A DNA stretch of 63,371 nt, counting the filler, from Octopus bimaculoides (lineage: Eukaryota): the NCBI RefSeq assembly GCF_001194135.2. It is 11 parts of 9 records of this genome, joined end to end, with 100 filler letters (N's around TTAATTAATTAA, not from the genome) between each part and the next. Parts side by side here need not be neighbours in the genome. Positions count along the whole stretch, not along the records: positions 1 to 19,163 come from NC_068981.1; 10 more parts are not named here. One strand, given 5' to 3'. Position 1 is the stretch's first letter, and each line of letters starts with the position of its first letter. The translations under genes and the position numbers were made by a program. Under the pieces are notes generated by a model. That model did not search any database and had not been told where the DNA came from. It saw only the letters and a list, made by a program, of their open reading frames with translations. Positions 1-13,580 of the stretch are shown here, piece by piece.

Positions 1-30
1 TATATATACGTATGTATGTATATACATATA

Positions 31-590
31 CAGGGTGTGTAAGATATATGTTCATAAAAATAAAAATAACAGATATGTAAATACCGATAATAACTTTGTT
101 GACCAAAAACAGCTATGAGGATAAAAATATACCTTCTTTTGTATAATGTTATTCAAGAAAGCCACCTTTAGCGACAACAACTGTTTTCATATGAGATCTA
201 AATCAGACACATCCTCGAATCTAGTGGTTATAGTTCACTTTGGACCTTAGTGTGACTATAGCAGCTTTCAAAGTAATTTAGGTGTTATGGGCCTGTTCAT
301 TGACTTTTCTCTCAACAAGGACACCCATGGGTTGAGATCTATAGAATTAGGAGGCCAAAGTTTCGGAGTTATGTGATCATGAAAATGTTTAGCCATCCAG
401 GCCTAAGTTACTAGAGCCCTGTGTGATAATGCAGAGTCTTACTAAAACACATATGGCCTTCCACTGCATACACTGTCTACCCAGGGCTTAACATTTATTT
501 GTACGACCTTAATGTAGGCGGCAGAGGTACTTCTAAGACCTTGTGGAAAGAAGCAAGGATGCATCACATTCGGTCATGAAAGTCTATTGG
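31..590 (-). mobile_element. maT/DD37D-type Tc1-mariner transposase remnant (3' part)
   Basis: Minus strand gives DHITPKLWPPNSIDLNP. The TA-CAGGGTG terminus lies at ~29-37. Homologous to 35845-37060. Confidence 0.75.
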
Positions 591-689
591 ATTACACCTA
601 GAAAGTTATCCCGCAAACACAAGAACATGCAAGGTTTTTTTTATGGAAGACCAACAGACGCCCATTCATACCAGCCTCCCCTGTTCACA

Positions 690-885
690 CCACCGATGTT
701 ATCCAAGGGAAAGGCAAAAGCCGATACAGCTTGGCACCAAATGTGAAAGTGCTTGGCTAGCACACATGGTTAGGACGTGAGGATTAAAATCGTGTGGATG
801 TGAGTTCGATTCCGTAACCGGGCAGGAAATGTTGTTCTTGAGCATGACACTTTATCATACTCCAGTTCACGCAGTTGTCGAGATG
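690..885 (+). mobile_element. tRNA-derived SINE fragment
   Basis: B-box-like gagttcgattcc followed by ttcttgagcatgacact, a core similar to the SINE at 48330-48540. Confidence 0.5.
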
Positions 886-1899
886 CAATATCAATGGTGT
901 GAAGCTGTATCAGCATTTATCTTTCGTTTCGATAACGTCGTTGGTATGGAAAGGGAAGTCTGTTATCAGTGAGCAACTGCTGTTGTTTTACTAGCAACCC
1001 TGCCCGGACCTGTGGCTCGGAAGAGAACATTCTAAGAGCCATGCCATAGCCATTTGTGATCAAAGGGTGTCTTATGCGTATATATGTGTTTGTATATATG
1101 CATATATGCGTTTTGGAAATTAGACTCATTACAACCATACAGTAGTATATAGTTAGCAGCATATTGTATATCTCTCGTAAACTACACCGCCAGCCTCTTC
1201 ATCATACTTTCCGCGAAAGGATCTCGTGAAAAGATCAGTGCTTTCCGTGAAAATAACTTTTATATTTTCAACACTACACTCAAAGCTAAAATCGTACTTC
1301 TCTTCCCTAGTACTAATTTTTTTACCCTCTAGAGACTCCTTACCACTCACCCACATTCAGCCAATTGTAAAAAGAAAAGAACCCTACGAACTATACTCGC
1401 CAGTTATATCCCTACGTACACTTTTCTTTAACATGCTAACTCCAATTTCCCACCTCAATATAATATGTTCAATAAATCATATTTTAAAATGTCTTACTCC
1501 ATCACACCTAATTTAGGATCTGAACTATCCTCCTCTAATTGATGCAAACTTCAACGCCTGTCCTTGAGCTGTGTGATATATCCCACTGAATACCACCCCC
1601 AATCCACCTAGTTGCAATAATAAAATCCGACTCAGTCATACCAACCTTAATGTTCCCTCCTAAATACAAATCGATATGACCACATACACCAATAGTAATA
1701 CCCCCGCCAAATCCAATACTGGTACTGGTACGCAAGCAAGTTCTGTTTTGCTAATAATGGACCGTATGAGCCTGGTCTTCCCAGCGATCAATTCCAACCC
1801 CAATGCAGGCAGGAAAACAAGTAATGCTGGTTTCTTAACTCTGCCATATTGGAGCCTTCTATATCTGCAAAATGTGTTCAACAAATGCCGATTCGATGT

Positions 1900-2830
1900 T
1901 TATATTGACTGTACTGTTGATAACAACTGCCGCTATCAAGCACACTTGAACACTTTATCCAATCCAACTTTGAAACTGTCTCCCTCTTTAACAACTTATA
2001 TACACAAACCCAGATAATAAGACATTCTCTATACCCTATAGTGGACTATAATCGTTGTGGCTCCCACGTACAGCATTAAACTCGGCTTTTTGAAGTTGTG
2101 CTTAAGGGAATTGTTCACTATTCTTCGTAACCACTACCCATCCTTACTTAATAGATTCTCGGGTGTAATCACCTCATATAAACACAGATTCTTCTCATCG
2201 TCTGCCAATTTAATTGAATCTATGTAATTCCCTAATTACGATAAATCTTTTACAATTTACCTTAAGTTACACCTTTGTCGCAATACTAACAGATCCCTTC
2301 ACCTAACACGACCCTTCCTACTAATTATCACTTCTCAGCATTACTTTACGCATTCCACTTACCTAGCACCCCCTTTCAGTCAACCCATTGAATTCTTCCC
2401 ATATCTTCTACTTCCTCCTCGACAAAAAGCACCTAGAACTAACTACTATTCCTTTCCCTAGTAACCTTGCCATTCCTCTTTCCTTCTCTGTAACACAGGT
2501 GTATCCCTGAGGAAATTTCTGCCGGGAAATAACACAGATGACATTTTGGGGTGCACACTATCTAATTGCCCCATCAACGACATCAAAACATGCTCGAGGG
2601 ACTATATAGCGTAAGAAGTAGTTTGCAGCATAAATGAGACATTGTACATACGGAGCACCACCAAGAATTTGTGTAACCGTAGAAATGAATATATGTACAT
2701 GGACACTTCAATAAAGAAGCATCTAAAGGAGTACCGAATTCAGAATGTCGAAGCATTTCTCAGAATCATCCAACGGAACAGAGGCAATATCGGAATCATG
2801 GAGTTTTCATTATAAAAAAATTAAACGCTG
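1900..2830 (+). mobile_element. Penelope-like element remnant with degenerate GIY-YIG endonuclease
   Basis: 2480-2760 reads GCTLSNCPINDIKTCSRDYI*EVVCSINETLYIRSTTKNLCNRRNEY..SIKKHL, a Cys-rich lead-in plus a YIG-STT.NL..R..E-like motif. The upstream limit is uncertain. Confidence 0.45.
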
Positions 2831-2859
2831 TTTAACAATTGTTGTTTAAATGAGATTAT

Positions 2860-3960
2860 AGGGCATTCGTAGGCTGTGTGCACCCATTTCAAGCTTCTAC
2901 CACCTTCCTATATTCTTAGATAGATCCTGTCGATATCACTATTTCTATGGAAATTTTCACTTGATGTTAATGTCGTTCAAGATTTAACATAAATGAAGTT
3001 GATTTCCTCAACAGACCAGTCAGATATCCCAATTTTTTCTAACTTTCTTTGTGTTGGAGAGGTGATATATTGATATCATTGATGCACAAATTTGGGGTTT
3101 TATATTTACCGTTCAATAATCAAATGTAAACTTTTTGTTCGTCTAATTTTCGTTCCTATGTTGGCTGAAAACGTTATTAATTCTAGCTGTCTTTTGGCAT
3201 TGTCAACATTTTTAACAAAAATGCTGCAATGAGCATTGATACTGCAAAAGCATTGTAACATATCATTTTGTTGTAAGTGGGAAGTTCCGACTGACATATG
3301 TTTCTAAGACTATCATGCACATATCGGGTCACAGCTTCTTCGTATATATTTTCGTCCATTCATTGTTACTTCTAACAGTCTTTGTGTTGGACAGGTGATA
3401 TAATGAGACCATTGATGTACAGATTTTGGGTCCTAGGGGTTTTATTTTTCCTGTTCAACAAACACATGTGAACATTTTTTTGGCTATTTTCCATTCCTAC
3501 CTTAGCTGAAAATGTTATTAATTCTTTTTGGTATTGTTAACATTTTTAGCATAAATCTTGAGATTTTCCCTGCAGTAATTAAGGGTTACATAATATGTTT
3601 TAGTACGTAACTGCTTGATTTTTGCAGCATGAATGATAATGGATATAATGTCAAAATTACAGAAAGAATATCTGTTTGGAATATTCCCAGTGAAATACTT
3701 GGAGACGATGGTTCTACTCTCAGTGTAAGAATTTTTGTGCAGGTCTATGTGAGTCCATCAGCGGGGAATAGTGTGTAATGCCCTTGTATAATCAAACCAT
3801 CCTTCACAAGGAAGTGGGACGTTTATTCTATATTCAAACATTATAGTATTTTGGATCAAAATTTGCTCGCTATATCCCAGCAATCCTTTCGTTTCGCCTG
3901 TCAGCTCATTAGACACTATGCCATTTGATTTGCAATGACCCTATATGAAGTGACCGAGGA
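2860..3960 (-). mobile_element. Degraded R4/Dong-type non-LTR reverse transcriptase
   Basis: Minus strand fragments: CKSNGIVSNE.TG..GYSEQILIQ...WFDYTRA; NAKRQLELI.FSANIG; DWSVEEI...FHRNSDIDRIY. Many stops and frameshifts. Confidence 0.65.
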
Positions 3961-4189
3961 GAAGGAATTGTACGTATGCATGTATGTATGTATGTATGTA
4001 TGTATGCACGCATGCATGTATGTATGTATGTATTCATGTATGTATGTATGTATGTATGCATGTATGTATGTAATTATTCACGTATGTATGTATATGTGAA
4101 GTTTTGTATGTTTTGTTTTATATATTTAGTCTCATGCATATAGCTGCATATCAAGACATGCTCATATATATTTAAATGATAAATTTCTG

Positions 4190-4690
4190 GAAAATTTTTT
4201 AGATTTTTGCAGTTCCAGTGATGGCTTGGATCTATTGTTTTCGAATTAGCTTTCCCCATTCTGCTTTTGAGAAGCCTAATTTCTCAAAGTTGGTATTTAG
4301 GCATATCACAGAGCTCTCATAATTACAGGTATAATCATGAACTTGTAACCTGGATATAGTAACTGCAGATTTCTCAGTACTTCAGCGTAACTATTCTGTT
4401 GAACACGGATATTCAGCTTCGTGTTAACATCAGCTAGGCAGCTAAATTCCACAACTGTACATACTTTCTCTTCTGTATCACAAATCAGTATATCAGGACC
4501 GTTGTGCTTACACTTTATTAAAGTTTTCACTGGGATATTCCACCAGTAGTACTTTGTATTAGGAGTGGCTATGGCCTCTACCTTACTTTGGTTTCTTATT
4601 TCTTTGACCACTTGATTATCCTTCCAACGGGTTTTATTATAGAGTGTCCTAGCTACAACATCATGTGGGTGATATCATCGTTGCTAACTC
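4190..4690 (-). mobile_element. Restriction-like endonuclease (RLE) 3' fragment of an R4/NeSL-type LINE, flanked by (TATG)n
   Basis: ORF 4306-4611: HNGPDILICDTEEKVCTVVEFSCLAD...YAEVLRNLQLLYPGYKFMIIPVI (PD..D/E RLE motif). (TATG)n tracts lie at ~3975-4090 and ~4695-4760. Confidence 0.75.
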
Positions 4691-5630
4691 CACGTATGTA
4701 CTTATGTATGTATTTATGTATGTATGTATGTATGTATGTATGTATGTATGTATGTATGCATTTATGAATGTAGAGTATATAAATGATTGTAGATTTTTCA
4801 AATTTGTAAGTATATACATACATAGCAAAATCAATGTGTAGCGGTATTTTGGTCAAGAAGAAGCAAGTGCAAGTAGTAAATTCTTAAAATTCTCACGAGT
4901 TTCCATAATCTTGTAACCGGGGTTAACTCTAACATGTGGGTTGCATTTATTTGTTAGGTTTATATTGTAGTAGATTTTTATTAAGCTTGTTAAACTTTTG
5001 TATCGGTCGTAAACGAAACTATTCGAGATTATTCATTAAAGTGCTTCGATTTAAATTTTTATCCGGTTGTAAATGTGACAGAAGCGTTATGTATGGAACT
5101 GAACCCTGTGCTGTGATACTGTATCTTTTCAGCATTAAGTGTCTTAAGCAAAAATGCCTCCATTCTTTAATATATAATATACGTATATTTCCAGTAATTT
5201 GTCTGGAAACGTCGACGTGACCAAGTGACATGTTAAAAATTAGAGATACAATTCTATCAAATGACACCTAACACACCCAGGAAAAGAAAAACCAGTTCAT
5301 GTGCTCCTGATTGGCAAGCACATTATTTCACGATTTCTCAAAGGATTATCATGTGTGAAATATGTTTAATTACAGTTTATTCTAAATATATAAGTATATA
5401 TGTTGATACATAGTAATATTTAGCACATCTTTATTGGCATCTACTGAATAATCTCAGATTTATTGGATATATATAATTTAAATCAATTTTCGAAGGCATA
5501 TTGTGTTTGGCGTCATACATAGAGTACAGAAGACAAAATTGAAAGACAAATCACACAACAGGTATAGTGTTTTAGTTAATATATTTATTTCATTACAGAT
5601 AGTTTACGTATTGATATGTAATCAATACTT

Positions 5631-5756
5631 TAAGAGGGGTGTGTGAAAAGTCTTGAGTCTCAAAAAGACAAAGCATGGTACAGACTTCTGATGAAGGTAC
5701 CAGATTTGAAGGCTTAAAAGCCTTGAAGGCTCAAAACTTTTCATAAACCCCTCGTA
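5631..5756. mobile_element. Mariner-derived MITE
   Basis: 27-bp imperfect TIRs: taagaggggtgtgtgaaaagtcttgag versus the reverse complement of the right end, tacgaggggtttatgaaaagttttgag. TA at both termini. Confidence 0.7.
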
Positions 5757-5905
5757 TAAACCATATTATTATAAAGATACACGGTACTATAAAATAAACT
5801 GATAGACTTTTCCAGGAGTTATTTTAATTATTGTCATTAATATATTTAGAGATAAAATGAAAAATATCCGGGCGTTTAATTGTCCCATCAAATACAATAT
5901 GCAAA

Positions 5906-6027
5906 TCATATGGGGCACATTCCACACCTGTGAGGGCAATATTTTGAGAATCCGTAGTTATAGACAATCTGGCAAAATGTTGTCGGGTAATACTCGCAGA
6001 AAGTAGCATCAGCTTTGTCGCACGTCT
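5906..6027 (-). CDS. Terminal exon of CRISP/CAP-family cysteine-rich secretory (venom-like) protein; ShK-like domain
   Basis: Acceptor ttttggtttgtcttttag|AG, phase 1. Translates (Q)TCDKADATFCEYYPTTFCQIVYNYGFSKYCPHRCGMCPI* with C-x7-C-x7-C-x11-C-x3-C-x2-C ShK-type spacing. The phase matches the upstream exon. Confidence 0.85.
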
Positions 6028-6756
6028 CTAAAAGACAAACCAAAATGTTTATTCATATTAAAGTCACTTCAATTACATTTAAATTTCAAAAAGCAACAAT
6101 TTCATTTCAGGGAATATTAATAGATATACAAACAGTCTAAGATATATTAAAGAAAGTCAATACATTCATAATCCGAGACATTTCATGCACAATCTTTTAA
6201 AAACAATTACAGAGAATTTCTTCAATGAGTTAATCGAGATTTTATTTCTATACACTGCTAATAGTTAATAATTTTTCAGATCACCACAAGTGATATATGT
6301 AATATAATTTGACATTTTATTACTACTAACTATAATAAATAATAGGAACGAACATGATTAGTAAATAATAACGCAGTAAGAAATATAAAGTTCAAATTTT
6401 CGGCAATCCGGCCTAAACCGGCAAAAAATACCCGACAATTTGTCTGTACAGCTGTTTGCGAAACTAATTCCCCGAGCAAGCTGTTATCCTAAGTCTAAAG
6501 CATTAATTGCAATATGATGCATAATTTTTTTCTTCAACAAACCCTCACTTTATCTCAAATGAAATTCAGCAATATCTCAGTATTAATTGAGTAATAACAA
6601 ATAGAGATATGAATTGAAAATGGATTGTATAGTTTACAAAACACATAAATTATACTGAATGTTCAAGTAAAACCTATTTGTACTCTGTAGGTAAATGAAA
6701 ATATGAACTTGAATATTGATTTTATTGGTAAACTAAAAGACAAAATGGCAACTTAC

Positions 6757-6855
6757 GATTCTCACACTGTGCTCCTTTGGCTACTTGGAAGCAATTACAT
6801 TTGCAAGTATTTATATTGAGTGCGCCACCGAACTGACAAGCTTTGCCATTGCAAT
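6757..6855 (-). CDS. EGF-like exon of the CRISP/CAP-family protein
   Basis: Acceptor tattttatacag, donor C|gtaagt; 99 nt, phase 1-1. Translates (D)CNGKACQFGGALNINTCKCNCFQVAKGAQCEN, the C-x-G-K-x-C-x2-GG-x-L-x3-TC-x-C-x-C motif of molluscan CRISPs. Confidence 0.88.
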
Positions 6856-7351
6856 CTGTATAAAATATTGAAGAATTTGATCAAATATGAACGAAAATAT
6901 ATGCTAAGGAGAATCACAAAAATTGTTAAAGCGTTTCAGATGAATATCCTCATTAAATTTTGTAACATTAATTGTTATCTGTTTTGGACCCACCAGATCC
7001 TAGTGAATAGACGAAAACTGAAAAAGGTATTTTTGACGGCTATAAAATACGGAGAAACAGAATATGGTATAGCAGTATTTTGACTCTAGTCATGCACAGA
7101 TGCGCATATATATTAATACAATATTGAGTATAGTTTATGTAACATTCAGTAAAATACAGCTGATAATTATGAGTGGACACAGCTGCTGTGGATTATATTA
7201 GAGTCTGTTCAATCCAGTTTGTTTATATTCTACGGATATTTGTAGATATCCATCTATATATCCAGTAACAGGAGAAGTCCTATATGATGACATTTGGGAA
7301 ACCGCTAACCGAAGTGTAGCTTCGGATAGCACATTATGAGGTTATTACCAA

Positions 7352-7396
<45 letters not shown>

Positions 7397-7419
7397 TTGT
7401 GTGTGCGTGTGTGTGTGTC

Positions 7420-10190
7420 AGGTCAGACTAGTGCTGGTGCCTAAATGACAGTAGATGGTACAACCTGCGGGTGTTTCTGCTGCCTTTCAATGCAAGAGTA
7501 GGCGCCGATCACCACGCATGGCTCAACTGCGCTGGATAGTTTGGATTAGGAAAAATCAATGAGAATGGCCCGAGTCTCTAAGAATTCTTCACAAATATGA
7601 ATCTGTGCATTGCAAACAACTTCTACAATGGCAAAGACCGGCATAACATTTTTTTGTGCCATCCAAGATCAGGACATTAGCACGAGATTGAATTCCTCAT
7701 GGTCAGAAGAATGATGTCATCACTGTGAAGCAAACAAGATCCTTCCACAATGCAGACTGTAACAGATCATCTGTTGGTTATAGCCAAAGTAAAGATGGTC
7801 ACAAAGAAAACACTAAGAGCCGAAAAACCAAAGAAACATAAGATCAACACAAACAGTACCCAAGATCTAGTGATAAGAATCTAATTTCAAGAATGTGTTG
7901 AAGAACAGCTCCAAAAGTTAGATAGCTCATCCCCTGACGACATGTGGAAAAACATGAAATCAGCAATATATGATTCTACATCGAGGGCTTTTGGAACGGA
8001 TTGACATTCCACGGAGGACTGGATCGAAGGTAATACATCAATAATAATGTCATTACTTGAGAAAAAGCTCAAGATCTTCATAAAGCACAATGGAAAGCCA
8101 ACAGAAAGTACAAAGCAACAGCTACGTGCTGCAAAATTCAACCTTCAAAAAGAAACTAGAAAATGTGCCAACCAGTAGCTTGATAAATTATACTTAGAAA
8201 TTCAACAGGCGAATGGCATGGGTAACATCAGGAAAATGTATGAGAAGATTAGAGTTGCTATCGGACCAACAGTAACTCTTGAGTCTGCAACAGGTGACCA
8301 GCTGACGAACAAGAAGAAACGAATGGAAAGATGGGTGCAATATTACTCTAAATTATACACAAAGAAGCGAGATGTTGACAGACAGATTGATGAGGCCATT
8401 CCTCAGCTCCCCGAAATGACAGAACTTGATATACCACCAATGGGAGAAGAACTCTCCACTGCAGTTGGTGAACTTGCAGGCGGAAAATCACCCGGAGATG
8501 ACAATATACCTGCTGAAGTGTTGAAAGAGCACAAAGATGCCCTCCTTCCACATTTATTCAAGTTACTAAAGACGTGTTCGGTGGAAGTAAAAAATTTCAG
8601 AGGATATGAGAGATCCCAAGATCATCACTCACTACAAAAATAAAGAGGACAAGATAGATTGCAATAACTACACTTCTGAGCAACAGTGGAAAAACTTTTG
8701 CCAGTATCATTTTGAAACGTCTTCAGAAGCTAACAGAAAGAGTACTGCTATAGAGCCAGTGCGGTTTAAGATCTAACTGCTGAACAATGGATATGATTTT
8801 CTTCATTCCTGAACAACAAGAAAGTGCCGGGAGCAGCAATTACCACTATATATAGCATTTGTCAATCTGACAAAGGCATTTGTTACAGTGAGCAGATCAG
8901 GACAGACAGTACATGGTGCTTGGAAAATGTAGCTGTTCCCCATCACTGCTGCAACTCATTGTTTCGTTCCCTGACGACATGAAGGTTACCATTTAGTTTG
9001 ACGGTTTACTATCAGATAGCTTCAACATCAACAGCGGAGTAAAACACCGTTGTGTCTTAGCATCAATCCTTTTCTGCATTTAATTTGATGTGTTGCTGCA
9101 GTATGCATTTCAAGAGTCGCCGGGAGATGTCCCCTTTGTTGGAGAACTGATGGGACACTTTTTGATCTCTCTAGGCTTCGGGCCAAGATCGAGATCAATA
9201 GAGCAACAATGAGACTTTCTCTTCGCCGACGATGCGGCACTTGTTACTGACAGCGAATTAACTCTACAAATAATAATGGCTCACCTATAATCAGCATGCG
9301 AGGCCTTCGGTTTGGTCATCAGTGTAAAGTAGACAGGCATCCTCACTCAGGAGGGCACAGTGAAAGGCCATATCAACCTTGATGACAAAGAGCTTGAGAC
9401 AGTGGAAAGGTTCTGCTATCTAGGGTCTACCATTTCCTCTAATGCTTTACTTGATGAAATTAACGTTAGGATAGAGCAAGCAGCAACAACATTTAGAAAG
9501 CTGACAAAACGAGTATGGAAGAACAAGAGATCAGATATGAAGACAAAGATCAGGATTTATGATGCATGTGTTGTCAGCACAATCCTCTATGGATCAGCAC
9601 GCTCCTCTATGAATCAGCACACTCCGCAAGATCTTAGGCCTAACATGGCGCGACAAGGTCACCAATGTTGACGTGCTGGCCCAGGCGAATCTTCAAAGCA
9701 TGACAGCTATCTTGTGTCTCAGAAGACTGAGTTAGCTGGGGCACGTCAAGACAATGGATGACCATCGAATCTCAAAGCAATTGCTCTATGGAGAACTGGC
9801 CCATGCATGAGACCAAGACGAGGACCGAAACTGAGGTATAAGGACACTTGTAAAACTAGTTTGTCCAAGTGTGAGGTGGATATCAGCACCTCGGAAGAGA
9901 GGGCTGAGGACAGAACAACATGGGAGACTGTGGTGAAGGAAGGAACTTCTTCGCTAGAGAGCAGCTACAGAAACAAACAAGTTGAGAAGCATCAGCGGCG
10001 AAAGGAAAACAACAGAAATGCAGAGCGCCGAGCCACCCTCTTGGTATGCAAGTACTGTGACAGAATCTGCGTTTCAATTATAGGAAGAATCAGCCATGAA
10101 AGAAGCTGCAAGAACAGGAGTCCGTGATATGTTCGATTAAATTATCTCTAAGCTAAATGACCGTCTGCATAGGCGAAAAGGGCCAATTAT
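7420..10190 (+). mobile_element. RTE/BovB-type LINE, 5'-truncated and decayed, inside a CRISP intron (antisense)
   Basis: APE motifs (HPRSGH, SFHNADC.TDH), RT motifs (KSPGDDNIPAE, LFADDAAL, FCYLGS) and 3' end CKYCDRICVSIIGRISHERSC. Multiple stops and frameshifts. Confidence 0.9.
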
Positions 10191-10239
10191 TATATATATA
10201 ATCTATCGTGTACCTTACTAAACAAGCATGATTTAGCTC

Positions 10240-11200
10240 TTTCTTCGTAGATTGAAAAGAATTGACGGCCGACTTTCATCGACTGTCGATTCTTATTATG
10301 AAAGGCGTCTGCATCAACATGGCCAATATACTCATCAAGTACAGTATCTTCAGAAAACTGGAACTTCTAATTTGCACACATCCATATATTAGTGTTTCGG
10401 AAAAGTAATATCCCATTTTGAAGCAAACATTTGATGTCATACCACAATACTTTACTAGTTAATACAAGGGTTCCTTGCCATCAACTAATTCTACATGGAG
10501 TCAATAACTAAATTTCTTAACGCAGTAATGTGTTACTGTATCTGATAACCCATGGAGAACAAGGGCCTTACTATTCGGCACAGTTAGCTTTATGAATTTC
10601 GCAAGGACAACAATATAACAAGGGAAAATATATTTAGTGTATATCCTGATGGTTTTATATTATGAAATTGCAATGGGTAAGTTAACAAATTACGAAATAG
10701 GTGATTTTCTTCTTTCTGGTGGGTATAGATCAAGAACATCTACTTTCAATAATGAATTCTCGAAAATAACAATTGAAAAAAAAAGTAAATCCACTGGCGT
10801 CAAAGTATCTTATCTCGGATTTATATCGGAAGTTTATTAAATCCTGGTCCACTGTGCTAGATCATCTCAAGTAGATGGAAAGAGGAAATGTGTACCTTTT
10901 GAGCTGAAGCTCTAGAATAAGTGGTGCATTCAAAAGGTTAAACCAAGAACAGTTAAGTTTATTAGGATGGGATGCTCTACTACAACCTTTCTGTTTATCA
11001 GATCCAGCGTCATCAGATTATTACTTCCACGAGTCATTTGAAACTTGTATCGGTGGAAAATTCTTCAGAAGTGAGGCTGATGTCCAAACCGTACTCCAAA
11101 CATTTTCATCTTCTCAATAACTTGATTGTTTGACCGATCAATCGGAAAATTGGTTTCGAAGTGGGGAAATATTATTGCTAGCGTTGGTGAATGCATTCTA
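10240..11200 (-). mobile_element. Possible Penelope-type RT remnant
   Basis: Weak minus-strand similarities only: LLKVDVLDLYP (cf. LDV.SLY) and PLFSMG...ALRNLVIDSM (cf. GL.MG..S..LANL.MD). Heavily decayed. Confidence 0.25.
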
Positions 11201-11299
11201 GAGGAATAAGTATATTTATGATATACTTTAAATTTATTTGAAAACATTACATGAAATGTGACGTTCCTTTACAGTAGCCGTAATATGTGTACTTAGCTA

Positions 11300-12481
11300 A
11301 AATCTAAGTGAATTAATGCATAATGCATTATGTATTAATCATTTTCACTCGAAGTCGGTGACATTGAAACAAATGCTAAACAATTTCAGAGTAGTCAAAA
11401 TTAGACTTTATTTATCTGAAAAGACACAGGAAGCAGGAGAGAGCAAATATGGAGGTTGTTTAAGCGAGGCTAACATTAAAAATTTGTCGTACACCCAAGG
11501 CGGTGTGTATAGGCACATTGCCATAAGGAAACCACCACTCTTCACTTTGCCATAGTTCGGGGCGTTTTCATCTCGACACGTTTTTCAAACGCTTCAGGAT
11601 TGCCAAGTGAAATATCTGGTTAACAGTTTGACCAAGAGGAAAAACTACTGTTGGAGAATTCCTTTCCCATCGACGAAACAAATCAACATCGTCTTCACAC
11701 TGGACTTCACTTGACTCTTTTTGGGGGCGTGGTGACATTGAATGCTTCCAGTGACTTGATTACTGTGTCGCTTCCGGATCATAGCCGTAGCACAAGATTT
11801 CGTTACAAGTGATAACCTTCGGAAAGAGGTTGGGGTTAACTTACAACTCTTACAACTCTATTTCCTTTGACGACATGCATGCATTCAGTCGTCACTTCTT
11901 TTGACCTGCCCTGAGCAACTGAACAACAAATTTTGCTGCAACTTTTATCATTCGTATTTCCTCTCTCAGAACTGGTTGGCAGGAACCCCAGGATACACGA
12001 ATCATATCAACAAATTCGTGAATTCTTCGGTGACTCCAAGATCATGTCATGAATTTTCTGGATGTTTTCATTCATTCGGGAGGTTAAGGATCGCTCTGAA
12101 TGATGTTGGTCTTCAAGCGACAAGTAACCGTTCCTAATGCGTAAAAACTACTCGTAAACTTGTGTTTTGCTCATGGCAGCGTCGTACTAAGCCATTTCAA
12201 GCATGGGAACTCTTTCGGCCGCCGTTATCCCTAGCAGAAAACTGAATTTTACGGAAGTACGCTGTTCCTGCGTTTCAACTATCGAAAAAATCGACAAACA
12301 GAATAGAAGCACTGCCAAACAAGACCACACACGTGGCAGTACGACCGCAAACGACGACGCCGGTCGGTAGACTGATGCCTGAGAGTCGCATCAAGTGGCG
12401 GCTTCTACCGGCGGAATCCTGAACTACGACGGGCTTGTCCCAGAGATCACTTTTCCGGTTACTTTTCGGTATCCCCTCGTG
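11300..12481 (-). mobile_element. Mariner transposon remnant
   Basis: TIR end ttttccggttacttttcggtatcccctcgt (reverse complement of acgaggggatacc..). Minus-strand fragments SSVKTMLICFVDGKGI and LKQPPYLLSPAS (cf. PPYSPDLAP). Confidence 0.75.
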
Positions 12482-13317
12482 CTTCTACGTTACTATCAGA
12501 TTCTGTTTTAAAATAAAACCTCGTCACTAATTTTAAAAGTCACGAAAATAGTAAACAGAGAATGTGGATACTCAGAAGGACAATACATTAATCCCCAAAA
12601 GTATTGTGATCAGGTACACTGGTATACCTCAAAGACGAAAAGAAAAAAAATGTCGGATTAACAGAATTTAATTCCTTTTTGAAATACCAAAATAATATAT
12701 TGCAAAAACTTTTATCCCGCTATTAACTGAACATATCCCACGAAAGAGAAAATCAGAGGATTATTATGTGGAAATATTTTAAGTACTAATTATAGGTGTA
12801 CGGCAAACATGAATGTTATAATGCATAAACAAAATAAATCAATATAGTATAAGTGTATATGCAAAACAACCAATAATACACCACTCCAATTATCATATAA
12901 TGAAAAAGCAAGGATATATGCAACAAACGTACTGAAAATAAACACAAGAATACACAACATAGAACGTAAAACTGCTTCAGTATAGAAAAAAGTAGATATA
13001 TTGAGGTTTGCTGCCACACAGCGTTAATATTAAGGAGAGGATAATAGAGACCAGTGGGTCATACGTTAATGAATCAAAAACAATGTATTTGTTTTATTAG
13101 CCAATGATCTAAATATTATTTTCCAAGCGTCCAATGATATACACTTTACTATTTAGAATCTGACTCACATTTCAGGCCAATCTCAAGCTATTTTTTTTTT
13201 TAAATGTTTGACAACGTAACTTATTTGAATTTCGGAATAATATTTTCTCCGTAACAGCTTGTAGTCAATACAATACTATATTTAAGAGATGTGGAATTAT
13301 ATACAATATTTACATTA

Positions 13318-13532
13318 TGTACATTATTTACATGTGACGGATATTTGCTTTCATCTTGTTTGTTGTTAACACAATGTTTTGGCTTATATACCCAACAGCC
13401 TTCATCAGGTGTGTTGGGAAAATTTCGAACCTGGGTTCTTATTCCTACGCCATAAACCCACGGGCATATGGCGTAGTGGTGAAGAGACCGGGCTACTAAC
13501 CCCAAGACTCTGGGTTCGATTTCAGGTAGTGA

Positions 13533-13580
<48 letters not shown>

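Noticed and set aside
13221-13262. CYGENII resembling the CAP GEN motif
   Set aside because: A stop follows within five codons, there are no splice sites, and it lies downstream of the hinge exon.
13463-13536. tRNA-like A/B boxes as a tRNA gene
   Set aside because: No convincing cloverleaf acceptor stem, and it is embedded in a repeat. Treated as a SINE-type head.
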